64,000 nucleotides of DNA. Source: a virus. Below, piece after piece: positions 45,601 to 55,906 of the stretch. The number at the start of each line of letters is the position of its first letter. Within the stretch, counting starts at the first letter, position 1. The position numbers were made by a program, and so were the translations under genes. The DNA lies in IMG/VR virus record IMGVR_UViG_2529292698_000003; one strand, 5' to 3'. Below the pieces are notes generated by a model. The model did no database searches and was not told the DNA's origin. It saw nothing but the letters and a program-made list of their open reading frames with translations.

Positions 45601-46050
45601 TTATTGAATATCAAAGTCTTTTGTAAAAAACTTTCCTAATATGTTATTGTTAATCCATTCTTCATTTTCTAATACACCATATATAAACTGGTATTTACAT
45701 TCAAAATAAGTGAGTAATTTTTTGTTGGGGACTAAATGAATTATCTCACGTTTAAATTCTTCTTGTTTACCTTCTTTAAGTTTTTGTTTAATGAATTTTT
45801 CCGAACCGTAATATGTTCTCCAATCAGATTCTTTAATTACTTTTTTAGTAGTTTTAGTTCTACCTCTTGTAACAGGTTGTTGGGCGAGTTCTTTTTTACC
45901 TAACTTTTTATTTAAAGTATAAAAAAATGATTTTTTACCTAAATATTTTTTACCTGTAGGGATATGAGTAGTAATGTATATAAACCCAAATGAATCTTGT
46001 TTTATATCTTCCAAGGAAGATATTTCTTTGTTTTGATATAACCAATACAT
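45601..46050 (-). CDS. GIY-YIG-like (Seg-type) endonuclease domain protein
   Basis: FGFIYITTHIPTGKKYLGKK, ESDWRTYYGS, FKREII, WINNNILGKF. Confidence 0.7.
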   Translation of the reverse strand: MYWLYQNKEISSLEDIKQDSFGFIYITTHIPTGKKYLGKKSFFYTLNKKLGKKELAQQPVTRGRTKTTKKVIKESDWRTYYGSEKFIKQKLKEGKQEEFKREIIHLVPNKKLLTYFECKYQFIYGVLENEEWINNNILGKFFTKDFDIQ

Positions 46051-46051
46051 T

Positions 46052-47002
46052 TTATAAATCTAAGTTAATAAAAATAGAAGTGTCTGTTGTATCTGATATT
46101 TTTAAGGGTTGGGATAGTTTTGCTATTGCTAATAATTCTTTATCATTATTGTATAACCCAATAGAGGTAATATAAGGGGTAAAATAAGAACCTGTAGCAA
46201 AATCATACAAAATTCCTGAATTAGAGCTTCCTGAGATTAAAGTTGGGTTTTGGCTAAAGTTAAATTCGTTTTCTCTTAGAGTACATTTATATTGAGATTC
46301 ATATATTGTTAAAGTACTATCAAAAGAACAAGAAATATTGGAGGAGTTTATAAACGATTGAATGAAATTAGAATCTCCTGCCCCATAACTACCTGTTCCA
46401 TATGTAATATATCCATACCCATCTTGTTGAGGTATACCATCATTTGTAAGAGTTATTATCCCATGAGAATATATAACATCTCCTACTTTTAAACTACTTG
46501 TTATTAAATTTCCTTCCCCATCATCATATAAACTACTTGTTCCATTAGATAAAGTTACAGTACCTGGTTTTAGGGTTTCCCCATATTTGTTTGATGGGAT
46601 AGATATAACCCCTATAATATCTCCAGATCCAGTAGGGTAGTATCTATCTGCTAAAAGGGTGTTTGGTAAGTAGTTGTATGCATTTGGAGTGTAAGGTAAA
46701 CCTGTTATAGTACCATCATCATTGAAAGAAGCAGTATTGATAGGGGAGCCATCACTGTTCTCAAGATAGTTGTAATAATATAGTTCACGAATTGATCTAT
46801 ATACTAAAAATTTATCTTGTGTAGATATATAACCCGTAGAAGTTGATCCTGAAGACCATAAAGAAGGGGAAGTGTTTTCCCCTTCAAAAATATCGATACC
46901 TGAACCTGTTAGTTCTGCTATACCATTAAAAGAAAACGATTTGTTTACTTTAAAAGGAGATAATATAACATCTGCAGTTGTAAAAGGTTTAAAAGCACTC
47001 AT
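46052..47002 (-). CDS. Putative baseplate/tail structural protein
   Basis: KYGETLKPG, LYDDGEGNL, GDVIYSHG, PYITSIGLYN..KELLAIAKLS.P shared with the adjacent paralog. Confidence 0.6.
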   Translation of the reverse strand: MSAFKPFTTADVILSPFKVNKSFSFNGIAELTGSGIDIFEGENTSPSLWSSGSTSTGYISTQDKFLVYRSIRELYYYNYLENSDGSPINTASFNDDGTITGLPYTPNAYNYLPNTLLADRYYPTGSGDIIGVISIPSNKYGETLKPGTVTLSNGTSSLYDDGEGNLITSSLKVGDVIYSHGIITLTNDGIPQQDGYGYITYGTGSYGAGDSNFIQSFINSSNISCSFDSTLTIYESQYKCTLRENEFNFSQNPTLISGSSNSGILYDFATGSYFTPYITSIGLYNNDKELLAIAKLSQPLKISDTTDTSIFINLDL

Positions 47003-47053
47003 TCAAGGTTTTTATTTATTTCCTACATAGGAATGTACTAAAATTTTTTAGTA

Positions 47054-48079
47054 TTAAAAATCAAGTTTTACTCTAACTAAAGTTTCTTTAGTAAAATCTT
47101 TAATTAAAGGTCTTGATAATTTAGCTACAGCTAATAATTCGTTTGAATCATTATACATTCCTACAGTTGTAATATATGTTTGAGGGTTATTTATAAAATC
47201 AGTGTAAATAACTTCACCTGTTGACCCTGATATGAAAGTTGGGTTTTCAGTATAATTAAATTCTGAATTTCTTGCTCTAACAAATACATAATCTGAGGTA
47301 ATTGTTTCTTGGGAATTTAGGGTAAAGCCTAAACTATCATTAGCGGCTGAGGCACTTATAGATGTAAATAGAGTGGAATTATTTGTCCCGTTAGCTAAAC
47401 CAACTGTTCTATCTGCAGTAACCCCAATAGATTGGCTAATAGCATAAGGATTTAATAAGATAGTTCCTAATTCAGGAAATACTAATCCATAAGATCCAGA
47501 ACCGGCTACATAACCTCCTCCTGAGATTGGTGTACCATTAGATCCAGATACTAGTTGGTATACTCTAGAAGTTCCTAGAAATGTATTTATAGAAACAGCA
47601 TTTGAATTATCTGTTAATTTAATTATACCTGATGATCCAGATAGATGTAAGTTAAGAGAACCAGGGAATAATGATTCTTTATATCTTGCTCTTTCTAATG
47701 AAAGTACCCAAAAATTTGATCCTGTTATTACATTAGTATCAGTTCCGAAAAAGAAATTAGCATTTTCATCTTCTAAAATTAAAGATCGATATTGACCATA
47801 TATTGTTTTAGAAGGTGTATTTGTAGGAACTGATGGGTTATATGCTGTACTTCCACTACCACCGGCATCAGCATAAGCAATATCAAATTGGACAGCAGCA
47901 TTTGTATTTGATGATGCTGTTTGATAAACTGAGAGATAGAAATCTCCCGAGGATCCTGCTTCTTGAATTGAAGAAGTATAAAATTCTGTTAAAGTTGGGG
48001 TATCTGTAGACCAAAGAGTAGAAGTAATTGAATCACTACTTACTACAAAATCTTCAGCATCTAATCTTTTAAAGCTCAT
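47054..48079 (-). CDS. Putative baseplate/tail structural protein
   Basis: FVRARNSEFNYTENP, YITTVGMYND..ELLAVAKLSRP; C-terminal domain paralogous to 46052..47002. Confidence 0.6.
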   Translation of the reverse strand: MSFKRLDAEDFVVSSDSITSTLWSTDTPTLTEFYTSSIQEAGSSGDFYLSVYQTASSNTNAAVQFDIAYADAGGSGSTAYNPSVPTNTPSKTIYGQYRSLILEDENANFFFGTDTNVITGSNFWVLSLERARYKESLFPGSLNLHLSGSSGIIKLTDNSNAVSINTFLGTSRVYQLVSGSNGTPISGGGYVAGSGSYGLVFPELGTILLNPYAISQSIGVTADRTVGLANGTNNSTLFTSISASAANDSLGFTLNSQETITSDYVFVRARNSEFNYTENPTFISGSTGEVIYTDFINNPQTYITTVGMYNDSNELLAVAKLSRPLIKDFTKETLVRVKLDF

Positions 48080-48091
48080 TTATTAAGATAT

Positions 48092-48754
48092 TTATGTTGT
48101 TTTTGTTATAGTAACAGGGATAGTTAATCTAGCACCACTATCTAATCCTACTACAGTTATTGTAGTTGAGATTTGAGTATTAGTTCCAAATAAAGTATTA
48201 ACCGTAGTTGCTCTTAAATTAATTTGAGTTCCTATTACTGTTTTGGATACATTAGTTCCTATAGTTGTTGTAGCATTAACATTAGCAGCATTAGCAGCAT
48301 CTGTATTAATACCCACCCCTGTGAAAGTATTAAATAATCTAACATCTGAAACTGTAGCTGAATATCCACTAGTTTCAAATGTTTGAGCATTACCTAAATA
48401 ACTTAATGTTTGAGGAGTAATTGCTAGTGAAGCACCTTGTTTTAAAGTAATAGCAGAAAATCCTAGATCAAGAACTGGTAGTTTTGCTGTACCTCTTGGT
48501 AATGTAGCTAACTTATATTTCATGATTTGAGATTCATCTGGGAATGCTTCTAAAAGAGGCATATTATCAATTGCTTCTCCATAAAATGCAGATCCTGATG
48601 GGTGGGTAGGGTTATAAAGGGTGTAATCAATTTCATCATCTGCTAATGCAAATTGAGTGATTCTAAAAGATCCATCATTTTTAGCTAATGTTTCTCTACC
48701 TTTTTTAGTTAATATTGCGTCTACTGTTACGACTTGGTTATTTAAATAGCCCAT
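48092..48754 (-). CDS. Putative structural protein
   Basis: VDAILTKKGRE, ITQFALADDEIDY (the tail-associated IT.FA..D pattern); late motif at 48769. Confidence 0.6.
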   Translation of the reverse strand: MGYLNNQVVTVDAILTKKGRETLAKNDGSFRITQFALADDEIDYTLYNPTHPSGSAFYGEAIDNMPLLEAFPDESQIMKYKLATLPRGTAKLPVLDLGFSAITLKQGASLAITPQTLSYLGNAQTFETSGYSATVSDVRLFNTFTGVGINTDAANAANVNATTTIGTNVSKTVIGTQINLRATTVNTLFGTNTQISTTITVVGLDSGARLTIPVTITKTT

Positions 48755-48807
48755 GTGTTTTTATTTATTATAAATATATGTGTGGTTTGTTTTTAGTTAT
48801 ATTATTT

Positions 48808-50814
48808 TTAAGTTTTGTTTATTCCGTATTCTTTTGTTATAGAAGTTAAATTTTGAATGATTTCTTCAGGTGTAAATCTACTAGTGAAAGCTCCTGCTCC
48901 AACCCCACTTACAGAGGATTGAACTAAAACGTGTTTTCCTGTTTTTTCTGCTTTCCACATTAAAAATCCTAAATCATCATTTCCAATATCTTTATTTTCT
49001 GTAAAGGTATGGGACATAATAAATACTCCCCCTCTATATGCTAATATTTCAAAAACTCCTTTAGAAGCTAAGGGGTCTACTAAAACATTATCAATACTAG
49101 CCGAAAACCCAACATTATAAGGGGATAAGGTATCATTATTTATTGGAAATTCCAAAGTATTATATAAAGTTATAAACCATCTATCATCATTATTTTGTTG
49201 AGGATTTAACCATAATGCCCCATATGGCACTGGACGGTCCAAATCTCCAATTCGATAACTTTCCCCTATAGAATATGCCCCCCCAGAAATCTTAACCCTA
49301 CTCATATCTATACTTTCAGATAGTATTAAAATATTGCTTCCTGAGGTTATAGCACCGTATTTAGCATTGGAAGATGTAGCAGCAAAATTACTTACTCCCG
49401 GAACAGAAAAGTCTGTGGTTAATACTCGGGTTGTAGAAGGAGAGGTATTAGAAGGGTTTGAATCATATTGAAATAATGTTATTTCATGATTTACAGGATT
49501 ATTTTTATTTAGAGTATAATAATATTCGTCAAAGCTTTGGGAAATATAATCAAGTCTAGAATAAGTTCCTGGGTTTAGATTTTCAGGGAATAGACTTCTA
49601 ACTACTCTAGTAGTTGAATCTATACCTGATTGGATTGTTTTTACTGAGTCAGGGGTATTTACTAAGTATAAATTACTCATTTTTAATCCTCCCCATCCTA
49701 ATATTTCAGGGGTTGTACCACCACCAAATTCAAACTCATATATAACTCTATCTTGAGTTAGTGTAGTTGGAGATTTTCCAAAAGTGTTAGTATCTCCTTC
49801 AGTCCATTCATTTAACTTTTGAGAAGTTGTTCTTGAACCATTATATCTAGGGTTAGTATGCCTTTTTAAAGTATAATTTGAATCTTGAATAGATGCTTTA
49901 AGAGCACTGCCACTAATTAATAATTCAAAATTAGTAGGAGTTAACATACCTGATGAGTAATCAATATCTTGATGGAAACTACTTAATCTATTATTTACAG
50001 CATTGTTTAGTAGAGGTTGACAGTCTAGAGCCCTACTAAAATCTTCAGAAAAGTAAGGTTCAGGTATAGTTTCTAATGCTAAACCAGAAGAAACTGAGGA
50101 TGTAATGTATAAAAAAGAAGTATCTGAAAAGGATGATGATAATACTATGTCTGTGGATATACCTTGTCTTATAAGCCCTATATAATAGATTTCTCCTGGG
50201 GTTGATCCTGATGGGATGTTATATGAAACTTCAAAGGAACGAGTAAGAGTAGTATCTGTATGAAGAATGTTTGGTGATAATACATCATCATCTAATGTGG
50301 TAACTGTATTATCTTTATTAATTTTTAATAACCGAACACGGGGAGTAATAGCACCTACAGTTCCACTTTCCACTTCAAAATGTACAGATCCAGTAGCATA
50401 AATGTAAATATCTTTTTGAGGATATGTGTTTAAAGAATATCCATCACCCACTTCTCCTTTATCCCCAATAATAGAATTAGGGATTACAAAATTAAAAGGA
50501 TCTGTGATAGGGGTTAATGTTGAGGGAGAAGAATTAGTATAATTCCCAGTTAGAACTATAGGGTCTGTATATGATCCTCCAACAGATCCTGTAAGAATAT
50601 ATTCTACCTCTGCTCTATCTGCCCATTCTAAGTTAGGATTATTTACTTCATATAAAAAATAAGTTGGTTTCTCAATTATATTTAGAATATCATATCTAAC
50701 ATTTCCTGTACTATAAGGGATAGTTATTTCAGATAAAGATTGTAGAGTTGGGGTTTTATCAATCCCATTTTTATCTTTTTTTGATATTTTTATAAATCTT
50801 ACTGCGTCAGCCAT
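48808..50814 (-). CDS. Putative baseplate-associated structural protein
   Basis: 668 aa, S/T/G/N-rich; late motif at 50830. Confidence 0.55.
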   Translation of the reverse strand: MADAVRFIKISKKDKNGIDKTPTLQSLSEITIPYSTGNVRYDILNIIEKPTYFLYEVNNPNLEWADRAEVEYILTGSVGGSYTDPIVLTGNYTNSSPSTLTPITDPFNFVIPNSIIGDKGEVGDGYSLNTYPQKDIYIYATGSVHFEVESGTVGAITPRVRLLKINKDNTVTTLDDDVLSPNILHTDTTLTRSFEVSYNIPSGSTPGEIYYIGLIRQGISTDIVLSSSFSDTSFLYITSSVSSGLALETIPEPYFSEDFSRALDCQPLLNNAVNNRLSSFHQDIDYSSGMLTPTNFELLISGSALKASIQDSNYTLKRHTNPRYNGSRTTSQKLNEWTEGDTNTFGKSPTTLTQDRVIYEFEFGGGTTPEILGWGGLKMSNLYLVNTPDSVKTIQSGIDSTTRVVRSLFPENLNPGTYSRLDYISQSFDEYYYTLNKNNPVNHEITLFQYDSNPSNTSPSTTRVLTTDFSVPGVSNFAATSSNAKYGAITSGSNILILSESIDMSRVKISGGAYSIGESYRIGDLDRPVPYGALWLNPQQNNDDRWFITLYNTLEFPINNDTLSPYNVGFSASIDNVLVDPLASKGVFEILAYRGGVFIMSHTFTENKDIGNDDLGFLMWKAEKTGKHVLVQSSVSGVGAGAFTSRFTPEEIIQNLTSITKEYGINKT

Positions 50815-50867
50815 TTTTTATATTATACTTATAAATATTTTTACTATGGAAGTTCAATGCCAAGTGG

Positions 50868-53800
50868 TTATGTTGTTTGATACCATAATGAAATATATCC
50901 CGGGGTTGGATCATTAGCATTATTTATAAAATCGCCAAAATTGTATTGACTACCACTATACATTCTTACTCCATTTATTTCAAAACCTTGAGGATCCACT
51001 TTCTTAAAAGGATCACACCCCGGATTTAAATTCTGTATTGTAACCGTAATCTGTGTACCATCAAATTCACCATTATAAAATTCATCTTGGCTATTATGAA
51101 TTAATGTTAATGAACCTGAAGGGGTTGAGAATGATTCACTCCAACTTTGTGTTATATTTAAATTATTTGTTAAACCATTAAATGTATCAAGTGATCCTCC
51201 AGTACCCCCGGAAGGATTATAAACTCTTCCATCTTCATAATTATTCCATTGTGGTTTAACAGAACCTGTATAGTAGAAACTTTGGAAAGTAGTTGAGGGA
51301 TGTTTATATCTATTACGTTCAAGTAAATGTTGTTTAATTACAACTCCTGTTGCTAGACCTGTTCTTGCGGGAACAAAGTCTTTTATCATTTTAAATAAGG
51401 AGTTATCGAAATATTTTATTAATCTTACAAAATCGTAAACATTATAATTTTTAAGATATTTTTTAAAATATTCATCTCTTAAAACATCCAAATCTGGGTA
51501 GGAAGTATCTGAATTGGTTCTAAAATTAGGGTCTCCTATATAATCTCCTATATTAAAGTATCCTAATTGACCTATAATATCATCATTAATTTCATTTTGG
51601 GGTGAAAATGCTACTTCAAGTAAATTAATATTTGGGGTATAACTAGCACTTGCCTCAGTTTGTTGGGTTACTCTAATAAATGGTGATAGAGTATCTCCAC
51701 TTGGGATTACGTTATCTTCAACTCTAACTTTATCTGTAATTCTATTTTTAATACCTACAGCAGGTTGATCTAAAAATATATATTCAGTATTTTTGGTATA
51801 GGTTGGATTTGAATTAAAGGTATATTCACTATTTCCAGAAAATGAAGATGTTGAAATCCATGATCCTGTTACTTTAGGATGAATTGAGGATGAAAACGTT
51901 GATAATTCACTACCTAAAGATGCCCTAAATGCAAGTGTATTTGGTGAATTATTTATAGTATTTCCTTCAAATGATAAAGGATTCATTATATAATCCTTAA
52001 ATACATCTTCAGTTATTACTTCTGTATAGTATCTAATTTCTTGATAAGATCCAGAGAAGATTTGATATGTTGTTCCTCCATTAGTTATTGTTGAAGGGGC
52101 ACTAAATGAAGAGGTAATACTTCCGGTCCAGTTAGAAATTGATGCACTATGGGTTGATGTTTGGTAATATCCTATTTGTGTTCCATTATCACCATTATAT
52201 ATTTTATCTCCAGCATATAGAGTATAAGTACCACCATTATTAGTAATCATTACTGACCACCAATTTCCATCAAAAAATGGCAAATATAGACTTGATGAAT
52301 TTGTAAATCCATCCGCTGTGAATTTTAGATGAGCATATTTGTTATATGGGTCAACAATCGATCCTGAATAGGATCCACTTGTTAATGCTGATCCTGTATA
52401 TTCTAATACTAGGGCAACATTACTACCATCATCCAAAGACCATAATGATTGGGATGAATTTGTAGGGGTTGGAGTTTCAGCTTTAAATCTTAATTGAACA
52501 GTATTAGGTCTATCATTAGTAGAACCCCAAAGTGAGTTAAGAGTCCAATCAGTTGTTATAAAGTTAGTTCCTAAGGTATCAAATTTTAGATTATATTTAT
52601 TATAATAATAATCCCAATCATTAGTATTAACTTTATCTTTTCCTCCAAATTCATTTATTTTTAAAATAGTATCAGGAATACCATAGGAAGTGATAAGTGC
52701 GCGCAAGCCCGGTATTGTTCCTTTTGCTTTGAGTAAGTATGGGAGGTTATGATATAAACGTTTATATAACGACTTATTTACATCATTTAATGGTATAACA
52801 TCGTTAGAGGCAGATATTAAAGTGTTAATATATTCATATCCTGTAGGTGTAGGTAAAGAACTTGTTATATTAGGAAAAGGAAATAATCCACCTTCAGGTG
52901 TTAAACCTAAAAATGCGGTATATAAATCATCATTAGAAAAATTATTTTGATATAATTTAACCCCAAAATCTCTAATAGCATCTCCTACAATATCTTTAGA
53001 TACTCCATAGTTTAATCTATTGTCAGAATTAAACTTTTGAGATACATCTTTATAATAAATCCAAACATTATCATAATGTTGAGCAACCATATTAACAAAC
53101 AGTTCATAAGGTGCGTTATCTGGATCTTCTCTTAGATATTCAGGGATAGTATATACTAAATTATCTTTATTTCCCTCATCATATATTGAGGCAGAATATA
53201 TTTGTCCTCCAAAGTATGGACTAGCTTCATTTACACTACCATACCAATTTAATACAGCTGTACTTCCTGTAGTAGCTAAGGTGTAAGGTTTAGTTGAGTT
53301 TGTTTTAGGCCAAGCAAAAGAACTACTTTCATAATATAGATAGTAATCATACCCATCAAAATTAGTTATAATATTATCTATTCTAGATTCTAAGGTTGCT
53401 TTACTTTCACTAACAGCTAAAGAAGATGAAGTAGATCCTGTAATGCCTGTGGTTAAGAGAGCTAGAGAAGAAGAGTATTGTTCTATAAGATTTACCTTAT
53501 AGTAAAAATTTTCTAATCTGGTTTTAGCAGAACTAAAATGTACAAATTCTGAATAGTTTGTATAGTCAATATTAATATCTATTTCTTTTTCTTCTAGGAG
53601 ACTATTAAACTGGTTTTTAGAACTTGTAAGAGATGTAGTAATTAAATCTGTATAAGATAATTCTATGGTAGAATTGTTGACTTGATCTTTTAAATCTAAA
53701 TTGAAATTAGGTCCTTTTAATGGGGATGAATCTTCAACAACAATAATTTCTTCTTCAAAAACAATATTATATGCTAAAGGGTTTTCAAGAATGGTTACAA

Positions 53801-54443
53801 CCCATAGTTCAGTTTTAAGACTTACCTCTGTAGGTAAAGGTTCATATAATTTAATTAGGATTGAAGGGGAGGAAGGATCAGAATTATCTAATTGGATATT
53901 ATTCGCTATAAAATGAATATTATCCCCTAAATTAATATAAAAATCAAGAAAAAATGGACTATTATTTCTTTCTCCTACAAATGTACTAGTTTGATCAACT
54001 AAACTTTGATCATCAATTACATTACTACTTAATCTAATTTCAGTTCTATCACTAGAAATTTCAGTTATGTAAAGCCTTTCATTATTATTACCAACTTTAT
54101 TAACTAAGAAACTATAGTAAACATTATATGAACCTTGATCAAACCCTGTATTTATTAAATCTGATTCAGGGTTTATTATGATTTGAGATATATTTCCATC
54201 TTGAGCAGATTGTCCATCTTCTAAAACTGTATATGAATCATAATCATAGCTTGTAAAAAGTAAACTATTGTTTAAATCATAAACATTATATTCAATATAA
54301 CTACTTTCTGATAGGAAAGTATTTACTTCAAAAGAAGGAACTAAATTAATATCCTGAGGGTTGTATACCTGAGTGGAAAATTCTAAAGGGTCTATTTGAG
54401 TTACTTGGGTCATCTTATAAAGTAGTTCCAGTTTGTAATTCAA
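50868..54443 (-). CDS. Large baseplate wedge-like protein (likely start MTQV at 54413)
   Basis: 1191 aa; LPYLLKAKGT..GLRALI..YGIP wedge-type motif; in the baseplate cluster. Confidence 0.6.
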   Translation of the reverse strand: MNYKLELLYKMTQVTQIDPLEFSTQVYNPQDINLVPSFEVNTFLSESSYIEYNVYDLNNSLLFTSYDYDSYTVLEDGQSAQDGNISQIIINPESDLINTGFDQGSYNVYYSFLVNKVGNNNERLYITEISSDRTEIRLSSNVIDDQSLVDQTSTFVGERNNSPFFLDFYINLGDNIHFIANNIQLDNSDPSSPSILIKLYEPLPTEVSLKTELWVVTILENPLAYNIVFEEEIIVVEDSSPLKGPNFNLDLKDQVNNSTIELSYTDLITTSLTSSKNQFNSLLEEKEIDINIDYTNYSEFVHFSSAKTRLENFYYKVNLIEQYSSSLALLTTGITGSTSSSLAVSESKATLESRIDNIITNFDGYDYYLYYESSSFAWPKTNSTKPYTLATTGSTAVLNWYGSVNEASPYFGGQIYSASIYDEGNKDNLVYTIPEYLREDPDNAPYELFVNMVAQHYDNVWIYYKDVSQKFNSDNRLNYGVSKDIVGDAIRDFGVKLYQNNFSNDDLYTAFLGLTPEGGLFPFPNITSSLPTPTGYEYINTLISASNDVIPLNDVNKSLYKRLYHNLPYLLKAKGTIPGLRALITSYGIPDTILKINEFGGKDKVNTNDWDYYYNKYNLKFDTLGTNFITTDWTLNSLWGSTNDRPNTVQLRFKAETPTPTNSSQSLWSLDDGSNVALVLEYTGSALTSGSYSGSIVDPYNKYAHLKFTADGFTNSSSLYLPFFDGNWWSVMITNNGGTYTLYAGDKIYNGDNGTQIGYYQTSTHSASISNWTGSITSSFSAPSTITNGGTTYQIFSGSYQEIRYYTEVITEDVFKDYIMNPLSFEGNTINNSPNTLAFRASLGSELSTFSSSIHPKVTGSWISTSSFSGNSEYTFNSNPTYTKNTEYIFLDQPAVGIKNRITDKVRVEDNVIPSGDTLSPFIRVTQQTEASASYTPNINLLEVAFSPQNEINDDIIGQLGYFNIGDYIGDPNFRTNSDTSYPDLDVLRDEYFKKYLKNYNVYDFVRLIKYFDNSLFKMIKDFVPARTGLATGVVIKQHLLERNRYKHPSTTFQSFYYTGSVKPQWNNYEDGRVYNPSGGTGGSLDTFNGLTNNLNITQSWSESFSTPSGSLTLIHNSQDEFYNGEFDGTQITVTIQNLNPGCDPFKKVDPQGFEINGVRMYSGSQYNFGDFINNANDPTPGYISLWYQTT

Positions 54444-54765
54444 CTATTTGTTTTTGAGCATCTAATAGTTCTGTTCTTAATTGTGCTATTTCTTGTTGTA
54501 ACGCTGTTATTTCAGCATTATTTTGAGTAAAGTTTATATATTCTGAACTTTGTTGGATTAAATATTCATGGGAATTAATTGATCCTCTTTCAGGTATATC
54601 ATAAAAAAGAGTATTATAAAGATCAAAGAATTCTTCAACTGTTGGTTGTTGATCTATTTGTTCTTGAATTGTTTGTACACCCAATTGATTGAAACTAGTA
54701 TCTATAGTTTTTTCATATTGAGCTTTATTATAAACAGTTTTATTTAAACTTATATTTTCGTTCAT
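54415..54765 (-). CDS. Hypothetical protein (baseplate cluster)
   Basis: 116 aa with C-terminal coiled coil. Confidence 0.65.
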   Translation of the reverse strand: MNENISLNKTVYNKAQYEKTIDTSFNQLGVQTIQEQIDQQPTVEEFFDLYNTLFYDIPERGSINSHEYLIQQSSEYINFTQNNAEITALQQEIAQLRTELLDAQKQIVELQTGTTL

Positions 54766-55895
54766 CCATTAATTACTTTAAAATAATAATTATCATTATA
54801 TATTCTAGTAGATCCATCAATTGTTGTTTTGATTAGAATTTCATAGTTTCTTTCAGGTTCTAACCCATCCATATAAATATCAAAATAATTACTAGTTGAG
54901 TCTGCGCTAATTTGAGTGAATTGAGAATCAAAATTAATTATAAATTCATTAGTATCTAAATCTTTTACAGCATAGTATGAAGAAGTAGGCAAATAGTTTT
55001 TACTTAAATAAAATGAACTAGTTTGGAATGTCCTAGCAGGATACATTGGACTAACATTAAGTCTAAATCTATTTATACTACCACTATAAAATACACCAGG
55101 ATTTTCAGCTAGGGACATTTTAATATTAGGGTTAGAAACAATTGTTGATTCTGATCCTGTTAAGATTGAAGAATAATCCCTCCATTTAAATTCTAGTTGG
55201 GGTGGATAAATTGTATTAGTATCAACACTATAATATTTCATTACAGGTTGAATAGATGAAGTATTGAAAAATTCAATATCTGGAGCCCATTTTGTGATAA
55301 AACCATAATTAGGTAATGAACCACTATACCATTTAGACACTATAGTTTTAACTCCAACATTAAGATCTTTATCACTTCTTAGATCAAAAGATTGGGTTAC
55401 TCTGTAAGAAGAAACTCCTGATCCAGAGTAAAACCAGTTACCTCCACCTTGGGAAGCATAAGTAGGATTATATGAACTAGTATATAATTCTGTACCTACA
55501 AACCCTGCTGAAGACCATGAAGTGCCATCCCCATAATCTGAGAAGTTCCAGCTAGCTCCATTAGTTGTGATAGGACTATCAAGAAATTCTCCAGTTCCAT
55601 TATTCCAATCTTGAGCTAATGGCCATATTTCTAAAGTAGAACTTAGAGTTACACCATAAGCATCTGCTATAAAACTTTTAAAACTAACATCCCAAGTGTT
55701 ATTACCTATTTTATCGTTTATAACATTTTGAATTTCATTTATATCAAATTGAGTTATAAATCGAGATACATCTGGGGTGCCATCAACTCCAAGTCTATTA
55801 ACTACCTCACTAATAGCATCCAATCCTGTGCTCATGTTAGGATATAATGAATATAAAGTTATGTCTTTATATGGGAATATTTTATATACTGCCAT
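54762..55895 (-). CDS. Putative structural protein (baseplate cluster)
   Basis: KDITLYS, SRFITQF, WNNGTG...GASW, NYGFI, YPPQLEFKW beta-sandwich-like pattern. Confidence 0.55.
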   Translation of the reverse strand: MAVYKIFPYKDITLYSLYPNMSTGLDAISEVVNRLGVDGTPDVSRFITQFDINEIQNVINDKIGNNTWDVSFKSFIADAYGVTLSSTLEIWPLAQDWNNGTGEFLDSPITTNGASWNFSDYGDGTSWSSAGFVGTELYTSSYNPTYASQGGGNWFYSGSGVSSYRVTQSFDLRSDKDLNVGVKTIVSKWYSGSLPNYGFITKWAPDIEFFNTSSIQPVMKYYSVDTNTIYPPQLEFKWRDYSSILTGSESTIVSNPNIKMSLAENPGVFYSGSINRFRLNVSPMYPARTFQTSSFYLSKNYLPTSSYYAVKDLDTNEFIINFDSQFTQISADSTSNYFDIYMDGLEPERNYEILIKTTIDGSTRIYNDNYYFKVING

Positions 55896-55906
55896 TGGTT
55901 ATATTT

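Noticed and set aside
47003-47053. Two AT-rich hairpins (TTCCT/AGGAA; TACTAAA/TTTAGTA)
   Set aside because: Too weak and AT-rich to distinguish from chance; at most a weak terminator
50838-50870. Short in-frame extension (PLGIELP*) after the 1191-aa gene's TAA
   Set aside because: Only 7 codons, with no evidence for readthrough
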